A stretch of DNA of 64,000 bases from Nemertoderma westbladi (Eukaryota > Animalia > Xenacoelomorpha), in assembly GCA_032718475.1 (NCBI GenBank), contig JAUCBJ010004452.1, forward strand, positions 1 to 64,000, given 5' to 3'. Of this stretch, positions 26,701-41,024 are shown one piece after another. The position numbers and the translations under genes were made by a program. The stretch's first letter is position 1, and each line of letters begins with the position of its first letter. Under the pieces are notes generated by a model. That model did no database searches and was not told the DNA's origin. It saw only the letters and a program-made list of their open reading frames with translations.

Positions 26701-29700
26701 GAAACAAAACAGAGTATGTAAGAATTTGAATAATGTTGGGTATGGGGTTGAAACATAACAGAGTATATAAGAATTTGAATAATGTTGGGTATGGGGTTGA
26801 AACAAAACATAGTATGTAAGAATGGAACAATGTTGGGTATGGGATTGAAACAAATCAGAGTATGTAAGAATTGGAACAATATTTGTTATGGGATTGAAAC
26901 AAAACAGAGTATGTAAGAATTTGAACAATGTTGGGTGTGGGTTTTAAAAAGACATAGTATGAAAAAATGGAACAATGTTGGGTATGGGGTTGAAACAAAC
27001 TAGAGTATGTAAGAATTTGAATAATTTTGGGTATGAGGTTGAAACAAAACAGAGTATGTAAGAATTTGAATAATGTTTGGTATGGGGTTAAAAAAAATCA
27101 GAGTACCCCATGTAAGAATTGGAATAATGTTGGGTATGGGGTTGAAACAATACAGAGTATGTAAGAATTGGAACAATATTTGTTATGGGGTTGAAACAAA
27201 ACAGAGTACGTAAGAATTGGAACAATGTTGGGTATGGGGTTAAAACAAAATATATTATGTAAGAATGGAACAATGTTGGGTATGGGGTTGAAACAAAACA
27301 TAGTATGTAAGAATGGAACAATATTTGTTATGGGGTTTGAAACAAAACAGAGTATGTAAGAATTGGAACAATGTTGGGTATGGGGTTGAAACAAAATATA
27401 TTATGTAAGAATGGAACAATGTTGGGTATGGGGTTGAAACAAAACATAGTATGTAAGAATGAACAATATTTGTTATGGGGTTGAAACAAAACAGAGTATG
27501 TAAGAATTTGAATAATGTTGGGTATGGGGTTGAAACAAAACAGAGTATGCAAGAATTGGAACAATGTTGGGTATGGGGTTGAAACAAAACAGAGTATGTA
27601 AGAATTTGAATAATGTTGGGTATGGGGTTGAAACAAAACAGAGTATGCAAGAATTGGAGCAATGTTGGGTATGGGGTTGAAACAAAACAGATTGTGTAAG
27701 AATTGGAACAATGTTAAGGTATGTGGTTGAAACAAAACAGAGTATGTAAGAATTTGAATAATGTTGGGTATGGGGTTGAAACAAAACAGAGTATGCAAGA
27801 ATTGGAACAATGTTAGGTATGGGGTTGAAACAAAACAGAGTATGTAAGAATTTGAATAATGTTGGGTATGGGGTTGAAACAAAACAGAGTATGCAAGAAT
27901 TGGAACAATGTTGGGTATGGGGTTGAAACAAAACAGATTGTGTAAGAATTGGAACAATGTTAAGGTATGTTATGTGGTTGAAACAAAACAGAGTATGTAA
28001 GAATTTGAATAATGTTGGGTATGGGGTTGAAACAAAACAGAGAATGCAAGAATTGGAACAATGTTAGGTATGGGGTTGAAACAAAACAGAGTATGTAAGA
28101 ATTTGAATAATGTTGGGTATGGGGTTGAAACAAAACAGAGTATGTAAGAATTGGATTAATGTTGGGTATGGGGTTGAAACAAAACAGAGTATGTAAGAAT
28201 TGGAACAATGTTTGGTATGGGGTTGAAACAAAACAGAGTATGTAAGAATTGGAATAATGTTGAGTATGGGGTTGAAACAAAACAGAGTATGCAAGAATTG
28301 GAACAATGTTAGGTATGGGGTTGAAACAAAACAGAGTATGTAAGAATTGGAATAATGTTGGGTATGGGGTTGAAACAAAACAGAGTATGTAAGAATTGGA
28401 ATAATGTTGGGTATGGGGTTGAAACAAAACAGAGTATGTAAGAATTGGAACAATGTTAAGGTATGTTATGTGGTTGAAACAAAACAGAGTATGTAAGAAT
28501 TTGAATAATGTTGGGTATGGGGTTGAAACAAAACAGAGTATGCAAGAATTGGAACAATGTTAGGTATGGGGTTGAAACAAAACAGAGTATGTAAGAATTG
28601 GAATAATGTTGGGTATGGGGTTGAAACAAAACAGAGTTTGTAAGAATTTGAATAATGTTGGGTATGGGGTTGAAACAAAACAGAGTATGCAAGAATTGGA
28701 ACAATGTTGGGTATGGGGTTGAAACAAAACAGAGTATGCAAGAATTGGAACAATGTTGGGTATGGGGTTGAAACAAAACAGAGTATGTAAGAATTGGAAT
28801 AATGTTAAGGTATGTTATGTGGTTGAAACAAAACAGAGTATGTAAGAATTTGAATAATGTTGGGTATGGGGTTGAAACAAAACAGAGTATGCAAGAATTG
28901 GAACAATGTTAGGTATGGGGTTGAAACAAAACAGAGTATGTAAGAATTGGAATAATGTTGGGTATGGGGTTGAAACAAAACAGAGTTTGTAAGAATTTGA
29001 ATAATGTTGGGTATGGGGTTGAAACAAAACAGAGTATGCAAGAATTGGAACAATGTTGGGTATGGGGTTGAAACAAAACAGAGTATGCAAGAATTGGAAC
29101 AATATTGGGTATGGGGTTGAAACAAAACAGAGTATGCAAGAATTGGAACAATGTTGGGTATGGCGTTGAAACAAAACAGAGTATGTAAGAATTGGAATAA
29201 TGTTGGCTATGGGGTTGAAACAAAACAGAGTTTGTAAGAATTTGAATAATGTTGGGTATGGGGTTGAAACAAAACAGAGTATGCAAGAATTGGAACAATG
29301 TTGGGTATGGGGTTGAAACAAAACAGAGTATGCAAGAATTGGAACAATATTGGGTATGGGGTTGAAACAAAACAGAGTATGCAAGAATTAGAACAATGTT
29401 GGGTATGGGGTTGAAACAAAACAGAGTATGCAAGAATTGTAACAATGTTGGGTATGGGGTTGAAACAAAACAGAGTATGCAAGAATTGGAACAATGTTGG
29501 GTATGGGGTTGAAACAAAACAGAGTATGCAAGAATTGTAACAATGTTGGGTATGGGGTTGAAACAAAACAGATTATGAAAGAATTCGAACAATGTTGGGT
29601 ACGGGGTTGAAATAAAACAGAGTATGTAAGAATTGTAACAATGCTGGGTATGGGGTTGAAACAAAACAGAGTATGCAAGAATTGTAACAATGTTGGGTAT

Positions 29701-32700
29701 GGGGTTGAAACAAAACAGATTATGAAAGAATTCGAACAATGTTGGGTACGGGGTTGAAATAAAACAGAGCATGCAAGAATTGGAACAATGTTGGGTATGG
29801 GGTTGAAACAAAACAGAGTATGCAAGAATTGGAACAATGTTGGGTATGGGGTTGAAACAAAACAGAGTATGCAAGAATTGGAACAATGTTGGGTATGGGG
29901 TTGAAACAAAACAGAGCATGCAAGAATTGGAACAATGTTGGGTATGGGGTTGAAACAAAACAGAGTATGCAAGAATTGGAACAATGTTGGGTATGGGGTT
30001 GAAACAAAACAGATTATGAAAGAATTCGAACAATGTTGGGTACGGGGTTGAAATAAAACAGAGCATGCAAGAATTGGAACAATGTTGGGTATGGGGTTGA
30101 AACAAAACAGAGTATGTAAGAATTGGAACAATGTTGGGTATGGGGTTGAAACAAAACAGATTATGAAAGAATTCGAACAATGTTGGGTACGGGGTTGAAA
30201 TAAAACAGAGCATGCAAGAATTGGAACAATGTTGGGTATGGGGTTGAAACAAAACAGAGTATGCAAGAATTGTAACAATGTTGGGTATGGGGTTGAAACA
30301 AAACAGAGTATGCAAGAATTGGAACAATGTTGGGTATGGGGTTGAAACAAAACAGAGTATGCAAGAATTGTAACAATGTTGGGTATGGGGTTGAAACAAA
30401 ACAGATTATGAAAGAATTCGAACAATGTTGGGTACGGGGTTGAAATAAAACAGAGTATGTAAGAATTGTAACAATGCTGGGTATGGGGTTGAAACAAAAC
30501 AGAGTATGCAAGAATTGTAACAATGTTGGGTATGGGGTTGAAACAAAACAGATTATGAAAGAATTCGAACAATGTTGGGTACGGGGTTGAAATAAAACAG
30601 AGTATGTAAGAATTGTAACAATGCTGGGTATGGGGTTGAAACAAAACAGAGTATGCAAGAATTGTAACAATGTTGGGTATGGGGTTGAAACAAAACAGAT
30701 TATGAAAGAATTCGAACAATGTTGGGTACGGGGTTGAAATAAAACAGAGCATGCAAGAATTGGAACAATGTTGGGTATGGGGTTGAAACAAAACAGAGTA
30801 TGCAAGAATTGTAACAATGTTGGGTATGGGGTTGAAACAAAACAGAGTATGCAAGAATTGGAACAATGTTGGGTATGGGGTTGAAACAAAACAGAGTATG
30901 CAAGAATTGTAACAATGTTGGGTATGGGGTTGAAACAAAACAGATTATGAAAGAATTCGAACAATGTTGGGTACGGGGTTGAAATAAAACAGAGTATGTA
31001 AGAATTGTAACAATGCTGGGTATGGGGTTGAAACAAAACAGAGTATGCAAGAATTGTAACAATGTTGGGTATGGGGTTGAAACAAAACAGATTATGAAAG
31101 AATTCGAACAATGTTGGGTACGGGGTTGAAATAAAACAGAGCATGCAAGAATTGGAACAATGTTGGGTATGGGGTTGAAACAAAACAGAGTATGCAAGAA
31201 TTGGAACAATGTTGGGTATGGGGTTGAAACAAAACAGATTATGAAAGAATTCGAACAATGTTGGGTACGGGGTTGAAATAAAACAGAGCATGCAAGAATT
31301 GGAACAATGTTGGGTATGGGGTTGAAACAAAACAGAGTATGTAAGAATTGGAACAATGTTGGGTATGGGGTTGAAACAAAACAGAGTATGCAAGAATTGG
31401 AACAATGTTGGGTATGGGGTTGAAACAAAACAGAGCATGCAAGAATTGGAACAATGTTGGGTATGGGGTTGAAACAAAACAGAGTATGCAAGAATTGGAA
31501 CAATGTTGGGTATGGGGTTGAAACAAAACAGATTATGAAAGAATTCGAACAATGTTGGGTACGGGGTTAAAATAAAACAGAGCATGCAAGAATTGGAACA
31601 ATGTTGGGTATGGGGTTGAAACAAAACAGAGTATGTAAGAATTGGAACAATGTTGGGTATGGGGTTGAAACAAAACAGATTATGAAAGAATTCGAACAAT
31701 GTTGGGTACGGGGTTGAAATAAAACAGAGCATGCAAGAATTGGAACAATGTTGGGTATGGGGTTGAAACAAAACAGAGTATGTAAGAATTGGAACAATGT
31801 TGGGTATGGGGTTGAAACAAAACAGATTATGAAAGTATTCGAACAATGTTGGGTACGGGGTTGAAATAAAACAGAGCATGCAAGAATTGGAACAATGTTG
31901 GGTATGGGGTTGAAACAAAACAGATTATGAAAGAATTCGAACAATGTTGGGTATGGGGTTGAAACAAAACAGATTATGAAAGAATTCGAACAATGTTGGG
32001 TACGGGGTTGAAATAAAACAGAGCATGCAAGAATTGGAACAATGTTGGGTATGGGGTTGAAACAAAACAGAGTATGCAAGAATTGGAACAATGTTGGGTA
32101 TGGGGTTGAAACAAAACAGATTATGAAAGAATTCGAACAATGTTGGGTACGGGGTTGAAATAAAACAGAGCATGCAAGAATTGGAACAATGTTGGGTATG
32201 GGGTTGAAATAAAACAGAGTATGTAAGAATTGGAACAATGTTGGGTATGGGGTTGAAACAAAACAGAGTATGCAAGAATTGGAACAATGTTGGGTATGGG
32301 GTTGAAACAAAACAGAGTATGCAAGAATTGGAACAATGTTGGGTATGGGGTTGAAACAAAACAGATTATGAAAGAATTCGAACAATATTGGGTACGGGGT
32401 TGAAATAAAACAGAGCATGCAAGAATTGGAACAATGTTGGGTATGGGGTTGAAACAAAACAGAGTATGCAAGAATTGGAACAATGTTGGGTATGGGGTTG
32501 AAACAAAACAGATTATGAAAGAATTCGAACAATGTTGGGTACGGGGTTGAAATAAAACAGAGTATGTAAGAATTGGAACAATGTTGGGTATGGGGTTGAA
32601 ACAAAACAGAGTATGCAAGAATTGGAACAATGTTGGGTATGGGGTTGAAACAAAACAGAGTATGTAAGAATTGTAACAATGCTGGGTATGGGGTTGAAAC

Positions 32701-32760
32701 AAAACAGAGTATGTAAGAATTGGAACAATGTTGGGTATGGGGTTGAAACAAAACATAGTA
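2790..32760. repeat. 49-bp satellite DNA array, ~610 monomers, with higher-order repeats
   Basis: Consensus GAATTGGAACAATGTTGGGTATGGGGTTGAAACAAAACAGAGTATGTAA, head-to-tail for ~30 kb; 48-bp and 53-bp variants in the central part. Confidence 0.99.
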
Positions 32761-33690
32761 TATAAAGAGTTCTTGAGGATTTAGACGAGTAGAGGATTTA
32801 CCAAAGAGGGAGTTTCTCTTCAGCTCCGGCTCCGGATGTACCGGTACGTCCTAAATTTCTTTCCCCGATTTGGCACTGCGGATACGGATTAACATTATTA
32901 AACTAGCAAAATTTTTTGATACGAATTTTTTTAAATTGGATTTCGAATCGTATCGTTTCGACGTAGAAGTTGCCAACTCGTCAACAATCTCTAGTCCCGC
33001 ATTCTTGAGAATCCGATCAGATTGTGTAGTTGCAGGCTACATAACTAAATATTCGCTATTTATTATTCGGTCGCATTCATGAAGACAATAATTGTAATTC
33101 CCACGAGCTTATAACAGTATAAAGCGGCGCTCAAGTTAGTTGTATTGTTTCGTTCAAGAGATCCCATTGTTAGAGGCAACATTGCCAAAGTTAATTCAAT
33201 AAGCCCCAACTGTAACTCAACTGTATTCTGTAGTGAACTAATATATTTTAGATAACTAATTAGTTAGTTAGGATTGTAAGGGGCTTTACTAACTGGCAGC
33301 CAAACTTTTTGTTATAACAATGGGATAAAAAAAAGTCATTCATTCATGCAGAAAACAGGCCTGGGTCACGGTGGAAATCTGTTGGCAGCAACATTAAAAT
33401 AGTTATTGTTGAATATTATTAGTGGACAGCTTAATTACTATACAACGCAACCTACATATCTCTCAAGTTATTATCGATGTGTGTAAGGTGGTTGTGTACG
33501 CAAGTATTATATACGAAGTAAATTAACAACCTTCACTCAATCGGGGGAAAGGAGCAGGTTACAGACACGATAGGTTACAGAGACGAATTTTTCTAACCAA
33601 AACAATAAACGGGTTTGTTAACACTCATATTGAGGGCGAAGATTGCTCCGGGCGAAGCGTTCTCGCGGGCAAAACTGCGCAGTCCCAGTG

Positions 33691-34240
33691 AAACCCGCAG
33701 CACAACGTTCACCTTACGGAAACCCTAGCAGCACAACGTTCACCTAGCAGCACAACGTTCACCTAGCAGCACAACGTTCACCTAGCAGCACAACGTTCAC
33801 CTTACGGAAACCCTAGCAGCACAACGTTCACCTTACGGAGACCCTAGCAGCACAACGTTCACCTAGCAGCACAACGTTCACCTTACGGAAACCCTAGCAG
33901 CACAACGTTCACCTTACGGAAACCCTAGCAGCACAACGTTCACCTTACGGAAACCCTAGCAGCCCAACGTTCACCTTACGGAAACCCTAGCAGCACAACG
34001 TTCACCTTACGGAAACCCTAGCAGCACAACGTTCACCTTACGGAAACCCTAGCAGCATAACGTTCACCTAGCAGCACAACGTTCACCTTACGGAAACCCT
34101 AGCAGCACAACGTTCACCTTACGGAAACCATAGCAGCATAACGTTCACCTTACGGAAACCCTAGCAGCCCAACGTTCACCTTACGGAAACCCTAGCAGCA
34201 CAACGTTCACCTTACGGAAACCCTAGCAGCACAACGTTCA
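33691..34240. repeat. 31/19-bp minisatellite (CCCTAGCAGCACAACGTTCACCTTACGGAAA)
   Basis: About 20 tandem units, some lacking the CCTTACGGAAAC part; AACGTT-rich sequence continues to ~34440. Confidence 0.92.
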
Positions 34241-35640
34241 CGTTACGTTTAGAATAGTTCTAATAACGTGGAACGTGGATAACATCGATCAATCTTGTTC
34301 TGATAACGTTCCAGCTGCGTTCACTCTCACTGTACGTACACGTTCATCTAGGAAGGGATTTGTCCCGTTTAAACTCCAAAAACGTTCATTCGACGTCATC
34401 TTATAAACGTTAGATATTCGTTATAAAATTATCCGTTCAACTAATTATTTCCCGAACTCCATTTGAACGGCTTAATATGCGCCGTGTCAATGTAAAGAAC
34501 TGTTGTTATGAACTTAAAGTTCAAATATATAATTTCGAATGGATATTTTACCAATGCTGAAGAGCTGTCAATCATTCACTATTTAATGATAATATAAGTT
34601 CGTTTTTCGTTTAGGTACGGATATTATTTGAACTAGAAGCGCTGTGGCAAAATGATCCCCCCCCCCCCCGGACCACTGCCACTGACCACCGCTGCTAGAC
34701 CGCACCGCTCGCTGACCGCTGACCATAACAATAAACGAGAGTTGAGTTAGGAATATTGTAGAAACACCAATTGAATTGAGAATCACCTGTCAGTTGTATA
34801 GGCCTACCGTTTGTGGTACATGTTGGTGTAAGAGTAGGTATAAGCGTAGCGTTTATCCCCCATCTGACAAGCTTGTCTTTGAAGTTGTTTATCATTCTCT
34901 TGTAAGTCTTGCAGGTTGTAAGGTGGAACATGTTCACACTTGTTCGAACGCGTTAGTCAAGACCAGGATGTGACGGTAAGTGAACAGGGCAACACTATCA
35001 ACAACGGTAGGTGAATGACTAAGGCGAACATTTCAAAATTCACGGCTTTGAATTATTTACATACAGATACGACTCGGCCCTTCATCAAGAAAACAAATAG
35101 AACCGCTATTGGTGCAAGTTTGTGGTGCTGCTTCCCAGTGCTTAGGTACTTAGCTACACATAAGTAATAAATTGTTATGCGGTGACCACCCCCCAGCCCC
35201 CGACCAACCTTGAATTGTGTTTGTAATTAAATAACGATAAATATTTAAAATATTTGTTTTTAAATATTTGTTAATAAATATTAAACATTTAATTGAAACA
35301 TAACAAACTTTATAATGTTTGTTTTCTAAAGTAACAATGCCTCGCCATATAGTAACAGTTTTAGACGATTCAAAGAAAGGGAAATTTGAAATATAGACTT
35401 GTTTAATATATTACGAGGATTTATTTTATAAACCTCAACAAGAATCAACAAGTCTGATATTGTTCCCATAAATCAGAAAATATTCTAGAAATATAACTAC
35501 AAAATGTTCTAGAATTCTAATAGGTACTATTAATTAATATCATAATAATTGATGAAGATGAATATTCGTAAAATATTTATACAATAACAAAATGATTCTT
35601 ACAACATTAAAATAGAATTACACATTTACACATTTTACAT

Positions 35641-36610
35641 TTGTCCTGGAGTCCTGGCTCCAGAAGTCGAGGAAATCCTGCCAAGTACCTAACTGTTCTA
35701 GACTTTGCTGATGACTTAGGAGTACTCTCAGAATCACTAGAGAGAGCCCAACGGTTCCTCACCTCATTAGAACAGGCTGCTTCTAGTGTTGGTCTATTTA
35801 TTAACTCCAAAAAGAATTATTAAAAATTAAAATTATCCAATAAAATAAATATTAATATTATTAATATTATAAAATTATTATAATTATTAAAAGAAAAAAA
35901 TTATGACAGTTAACTCTGAAAGTCCTCAGCAAGTCTCTGACCGGATTAGCATAAGCTCAAAGGATAGTTTGCTTGAGCATGTGGATGACTTCTGTTACCT
36001 GGGATCATGGATCCGGAAGTCAGGTGAGGACCTTCGAATACGTAAGGGAAAGGCATGGGCAGCCTTGAATAGGCTTTCCAGGATTTGGAAGTCACCGAGA
36101 ATTAATCGGAAACTTAAGATCCGGTTATTTAGAGCAGCAGTAGTTCCAGTACTCCTCTATGGGAGTCCATGCTGGGCTTTAACTGCCGAGGACACCAAAT
36201 CTCGGGATGGTACCTTCACAATAATGCTACGTCGGGTTCTTTGTGTCAAGTACAATGCACACATATCCAATCAGACACTATATAACATTGGAGGTGTCTC
36301 ATTGGTTCCCCCTAGCTTGACACTAGAACAAAGTCGCCTCCGCTTTGCAGGACATTGCTTTCGCCGTGAGGACCAGTCAGTGCATAATCTTGTACTTTGG
36401 CAGCCTTATGGAGTGAATAAGCATGGTAGAATAAGCATGAAGAAGCATGGTGGCATGGTGGTGATGACTTTCTTGAGACGCAATTTAAAGGACACTGGCC
36501 TTGAAGATGCGGATGATCTAGCAAATGTCATGGGTGATAGGGAGTTGTGGCGGCGCAATTTTGTCGACAAGACGACAAGCCGGCACAGCATTCTTAAAAC
36601 GTACCGCTAA
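35641..36610 (+). pseudogene. 5'-truncated RTE-clade non-LTR retrotransposon, reverse transcriptase C-terminal part
   Basis: LDFADDL, GLFINSKK, VDDFCYLGSWI, RIRKGKAWAALNRLSRIWKS, VPVLLYGS and RLRFAGHCFR motifs; interrupted by a 79-bp AT-rich insert at 35816-35894. Confidence 0.88.
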
Positions 36611-37271
36611 AACGTAAAGCATACCGATCCTAGTAGTAGTAGTATGTCCTGGAATATAGTGTCGTCATTCAGGTACATGGACCCCCCCCCCCCCCCCCCC
36701 CTATATCTTAGATTAAGGTGGGGGGGGGGGGGGGGGGCGGTGGGGAACCCCCCGTCAGTATGTCTGTCCATCAATAAAAAGCATACTATCTGACTAAAAA
36801 TTCGATTGTGTGATTTCTTTTCTGATGTCATTATTAAAATTTGGCCTTGTCTTTTCTGTCGTCTCTTCTGTCTGTGTGCCTGTCCTTTTCTGTCAATTTC
36901 AGTCAATTCAGACAATTTGTTAGTCATCAAATGTTAAAACTGACACTCGAAATGAATTCAGCGACCATGAAAACCCCTATAGCCAAACTTTTTGCTAGAT
37001 ATGGTGTGCCCTTTCAATATATTTGACGGACAGATTGTCGGATAGTAAGATAGACCGACAGACAGACTAACAAGATTTCTTTAAAAGTGAAACCTGGCCT
37101 CAGAAATTCAGAAATGAAATCAGCGACAATGAAAACCCCCATGTCAAAAATCTTAGCATGGTTTTTGCTTTCTTGTTGATAGATATATATTGACACACAT
37201 TCTTACATATTTATTAACTAAAATATAAACTTACACCACACCAACTACAAAAAATATATAGAATCAGGACA

Positions 37272-38556
37272 TAGGGCATCAAATGACACAATCAAGACAA
37301 ACAAAAAACAACAAACAAAAACATATATAATAACATGCTCAACATGTATCGCAACACTCACAATAAACCTAACCGCCATACACTAAATGATAGGCCTACT
37401 GGTAGTAAACTGCACGAAAGCTAAGCCTATATTCGATAAGAAAATATATGGCATTTTTTACGCCGCAAAATGGGTAGATTAGGGGAAAAAATAATTAATT
37501 TTTGTAAAAAATATGGTTGAATTTCGGTGTCACAGACCAGTAAGTTGCTAATCTCTGACACCTGCGACGGCCTTATGGACCGAGTACTATTTTTGGGTTA
37601 ATGTCCTGATTCTATAAATTGTTTGTAGTTTGTGGGGTGTAAGACTCTTGTTAATATTGAACACGCCCCCGTTAGTCAGTATGTCGTTAACTTTAATTAT
37701 CATCTTATGAAGTAGAGCAGAATTCGCGACTGCAAGTTGTAAAATCCAATATTTTATGTGCTGTGTGTGTTTGTCCTAGCAACCTACCAGTTTGTCCTAG
37801 CAACCAACCAGTTTGTCCATTGATAAATAATCAATGAATTTGTATAAATAAATTTTCCATAAAATATAGTATTTGGTGCTGGAAGAATTGTTTTTTTTTG
37901 ACAAGTAATTATTTTGGGGAGATTTAATAATGGTTTTGGGGATGTGAATAATTGTTTTTGGGGGAATGAATAATTGTTTTTGGGATGTGAATAATTGTTT
38001 TTGGGGGAATGAATAATTGTTTTTGGGATGTGAATAATTGTTTTTGGGGGATGAATAATTGTTTTTGGGGGATGAATAATTGTTTTTTTTGGGGGATGAA
38101 TAATTGTTTTTGGGGGATGAATAATTGTTTTTGGGGGATGAATAATTGTTTTTTTTGGGGGATGAATAATTGTTTTTTTTGGGGGAGGGGTGGGGGTTAA
38201 TAATTGTTTTTGGGATGAATTATTGTATTTGGGGGATGAATAATTGTTTTTATTGGTGAGAGAAATATTCAAAATTCAGGGATGTAAATTGGTGCTACAA
38301 AAAAAATATCTGGTGACAAAAAAAGTTTTTTGGTGTGAAATTATCTAATTTGAGGTGGCATTCTAAAAAATGTCATATATTTTCTTATAGAATACAGGCT
38401 AGCTTTTGGGCAGTTTACTACCAGTAGGCCTATCATTTAGTGTATGGCGGTTAGGCTTAGGGTTGGGGTGCAATACATACCTGATTTTGAGCATGTTATT
38501 ATATGTTTTTGTTTGTTGTTTTTTGTTCGTTTTGAATGTGTCCTTTGTTGGCCCTA
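37272..38556. mobile_element. MITE-like element with ~190-bp imperfect inverted arms enclosing a minisatellite
   Basis: ~37272-37460 is the reverse complement of ~38365-38556 (core CCTAACCGCCATACACTAAATGATAGGCCTACTGGTAGTAAACTGC). A second inverted pair lies at ~37225-37271 and ~37600-37645. Boundaries are approximate. Confidence 0.6.
37915..38250. repeat. ~21-24-bp minisatellite (GGGGATGAATAATTGTTTTT)
   Basis: About 14 tandem copies. Confidence 0.9.
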
Positions 38557-41024
38557 CGGGCTGAGTACTATTTTGTCCTACTGTATGTCCTATATACTAT
38601 AATGTCCTGATTCGTTGTTAGTCAGTACATACCGTTGTAATGACGTTACCTTTAATTCAATTTAATTCTTTCGTGTTTTTATATGTACAGTATATATTGA
38701 CAGACATTCTCACATAAACAGATAGTTTTTGCGCGGGAAGGTTCAAACTTTAAGGGCAATTATCTCAGAATAACATTTTTAAATTTTAAAACACTACTGC
38801 TCCGCCACTATTCATCCAAATCTGATGATTTTAGGCTCATTCGAAAGGGTTTCGGCAGTTATTTGACATTTATCGTGTAGAATTTCGAAAAAATTTGATT
38901 TAAACTAAAATAATTAAAATTAATTAATTTAGGTAAATTTTGTAGAGTCAAACGTTCTGAATCCAAAAAAGTTGATTTCAAGAAATTTGGACCAATATTG
39001 GCCAAAAATTTTCAAATTTACGTTTGGAGACTATTTGATCTTCCAGACATTGGCTGGCGACAATAAAATTGTTATCTTAAACTAAAACCCAAAGTAGGTC
39101 ATTAAAAAAAAGTGGTTAAGGGGGGGGGGGGGGGGGAGGGGGTCCCCACCCTCCCCCCCTTAATGTATGAATAGATACGTAATAGTATGATTAAAGAGGT
39201 ATTGGACTGTTGCCCAGCAACGTATTGGATAAACAAAATGTTCCAGAATGTGATGAATTTATTAAATAGAATAAAATAGCCTCGCACAGGTGCAAGACCA
39301 TGCAACCTTTGATTGCTTATATTGTTCGCACTTTTAGACCTTTAACAGTTTAAACTGCTAATTTACGTGTCTTATGTTGCCTGACAGCCCGCACAAAATA
39401 TGACCACAGTAGAAGCCAGTCTAGCGCGGCGTATGACCCACCGCGTGTGGGAGACTGAATTCTATAGGCTAGATTGAGGTAGGCTAATTTGTATTATTCG
39501 ATTGATCTCTACTATATAATCTCCAAAAACTATGTTTACTTTCAGGGAAATATCAACAGGTCCTTTAGATGCTGCGCTTTAAATATCAGACAGAGTTCTG
39601 ACTTATACTAATTACAACGATTGTTACAGGTTATCACTGTTTCACATTCTTTAGGAATGTAGAATTATTCACTCGCACTCATTTTATGGACAATAAAAAT
39701 GAAACACACTAATTTGCCGACTACTACCAATTTTACTAATATATATGGATAAATTTAGCTCGCTTACGTTGGGGTTATGAAATAGCATAAAATTCATAAG
39801 GTCCACTGTAGTTTGAGCCAAGGAATTGTTACTAATTGTTCCTTCTGCTTACCTCAATAATAAAGAAAGTTAGGGGGAATTATCGATTATTTGTATGTAT
39901 TCTCCAAATATAAACATCCATTAAATATGTTACCAAACAACAATGAATAACAGTATAAAACGGTATAAAATATACAGTGCAGGCAGTTAATCAACAGTCA
40001 GATGTTTGCTGCAAGTGCAGAGAGTGCAGAGACTGACTATAGTAAATGGGGATAGATTACCGAGAGATAATTAACTATAATCTGTAGCACTCCAGCCACT
40101 GATGGTCTTGGGCAGAATTCAGAATGAATGATTTTGTCGAACTGCGGCATATTCATATATAAACAAGGCCTCAAGAAGATGTAAAGTGAAAATTGTGGTC
40201 ATTGGCCGAAAAATAACATAGAGGATACGGGACAAAGATAAATTTTGGCATTATAACTCTGTACCAAAATAAACGCTAGAGGGCGTAAGTTTTATATGTT
40301 CTCCAATCTCTCGAGATAATGCCAGTTTTAGAGTAGTTCGCGTATTGCACAAAAAAGATGCATTTTTGCCGCAAAAGCTTTAACACTGCTCCCAGAAAAT
40401 GGGACTTAAATCTATAACATATACCTAGAGTCACAGTTTCTAATAAATTTACAACTCTAAACAATCAATCCTTCTTTCCAGAATGACGTTTACGGAGTTT
40501 CTTAAACTTTTGAGTGGTTTTTTCTAGCCTGCGCGAGCCACTTTACTAGGAGGGCTATAACTCTTGGGGGAAGGGTGCAATACAATTGCATCAGAAGGAT
40601 TTGGATTTCGGTGGTGTATCCGCCGGTCGAGGAGGAATATCGATAGAAGGTTCACTTCTCTCCTTTGATTGGGCTGCAAAATCTATACATTTATCAGAGG
40701 ACCCAAGGAATCAAGGGCGCACAACCTTTAAGGCCCGTCTCAGGACAGCAGCCTGTACTGGTCCTGTCTTAGTTGTTTGTACGAACGCCGTAGGTTGACC
40801 ATGAGTAGTTAGGAATTTTCAGGGTTTAACAGTTCTTTCTAATTTCTTTTCTCCCGCTTTGTACTCATAAGGACATCGGTGGACTTCTTGTAACTCAAGG
40901 TGCTCATTTACAAACGTCTCACCGTATTCGGGATCTCTGCTAATATAGCTAATCAAATTATAAGATTCAATATTATTAGGGTTAATGTTTCTTAAATATT
41001 TCCGGATGTATTTGGCGGAAATAC

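Noticed and set aside
2761-32756. Hundreds of minus-strand ORFs up to 732 aa (FQPHTQHCSNS...)
   Set aside because: They occur in all three frames because the 49-bp monomer is largely stop-free on that strand (3 monomers give a 49-aa period); indel variants ignore frame.
2790-32760. CRISPR array or telomeric repeat
   Set aside because: No unique spacers, no cas genes, eukaryotic context; TTGGG/TGGGG is only part of a 49-bp unit.
35061-35090. Second hammerhead on the minus strand (TTGATGAAGGGCCGAG)
   Set aside because: No stem II closure or GAAA.
36680-36755. PolyC/polyG tracts here and at ~1550, ~34655 and ~39120
   Set aside because: Simple homopolymers of uncertain length; no defined element boundaries.
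37784-38272. 162-aa KTIIHPP-repeat ORF
   Set aside because: Translation of the 21-bp minisatellite.
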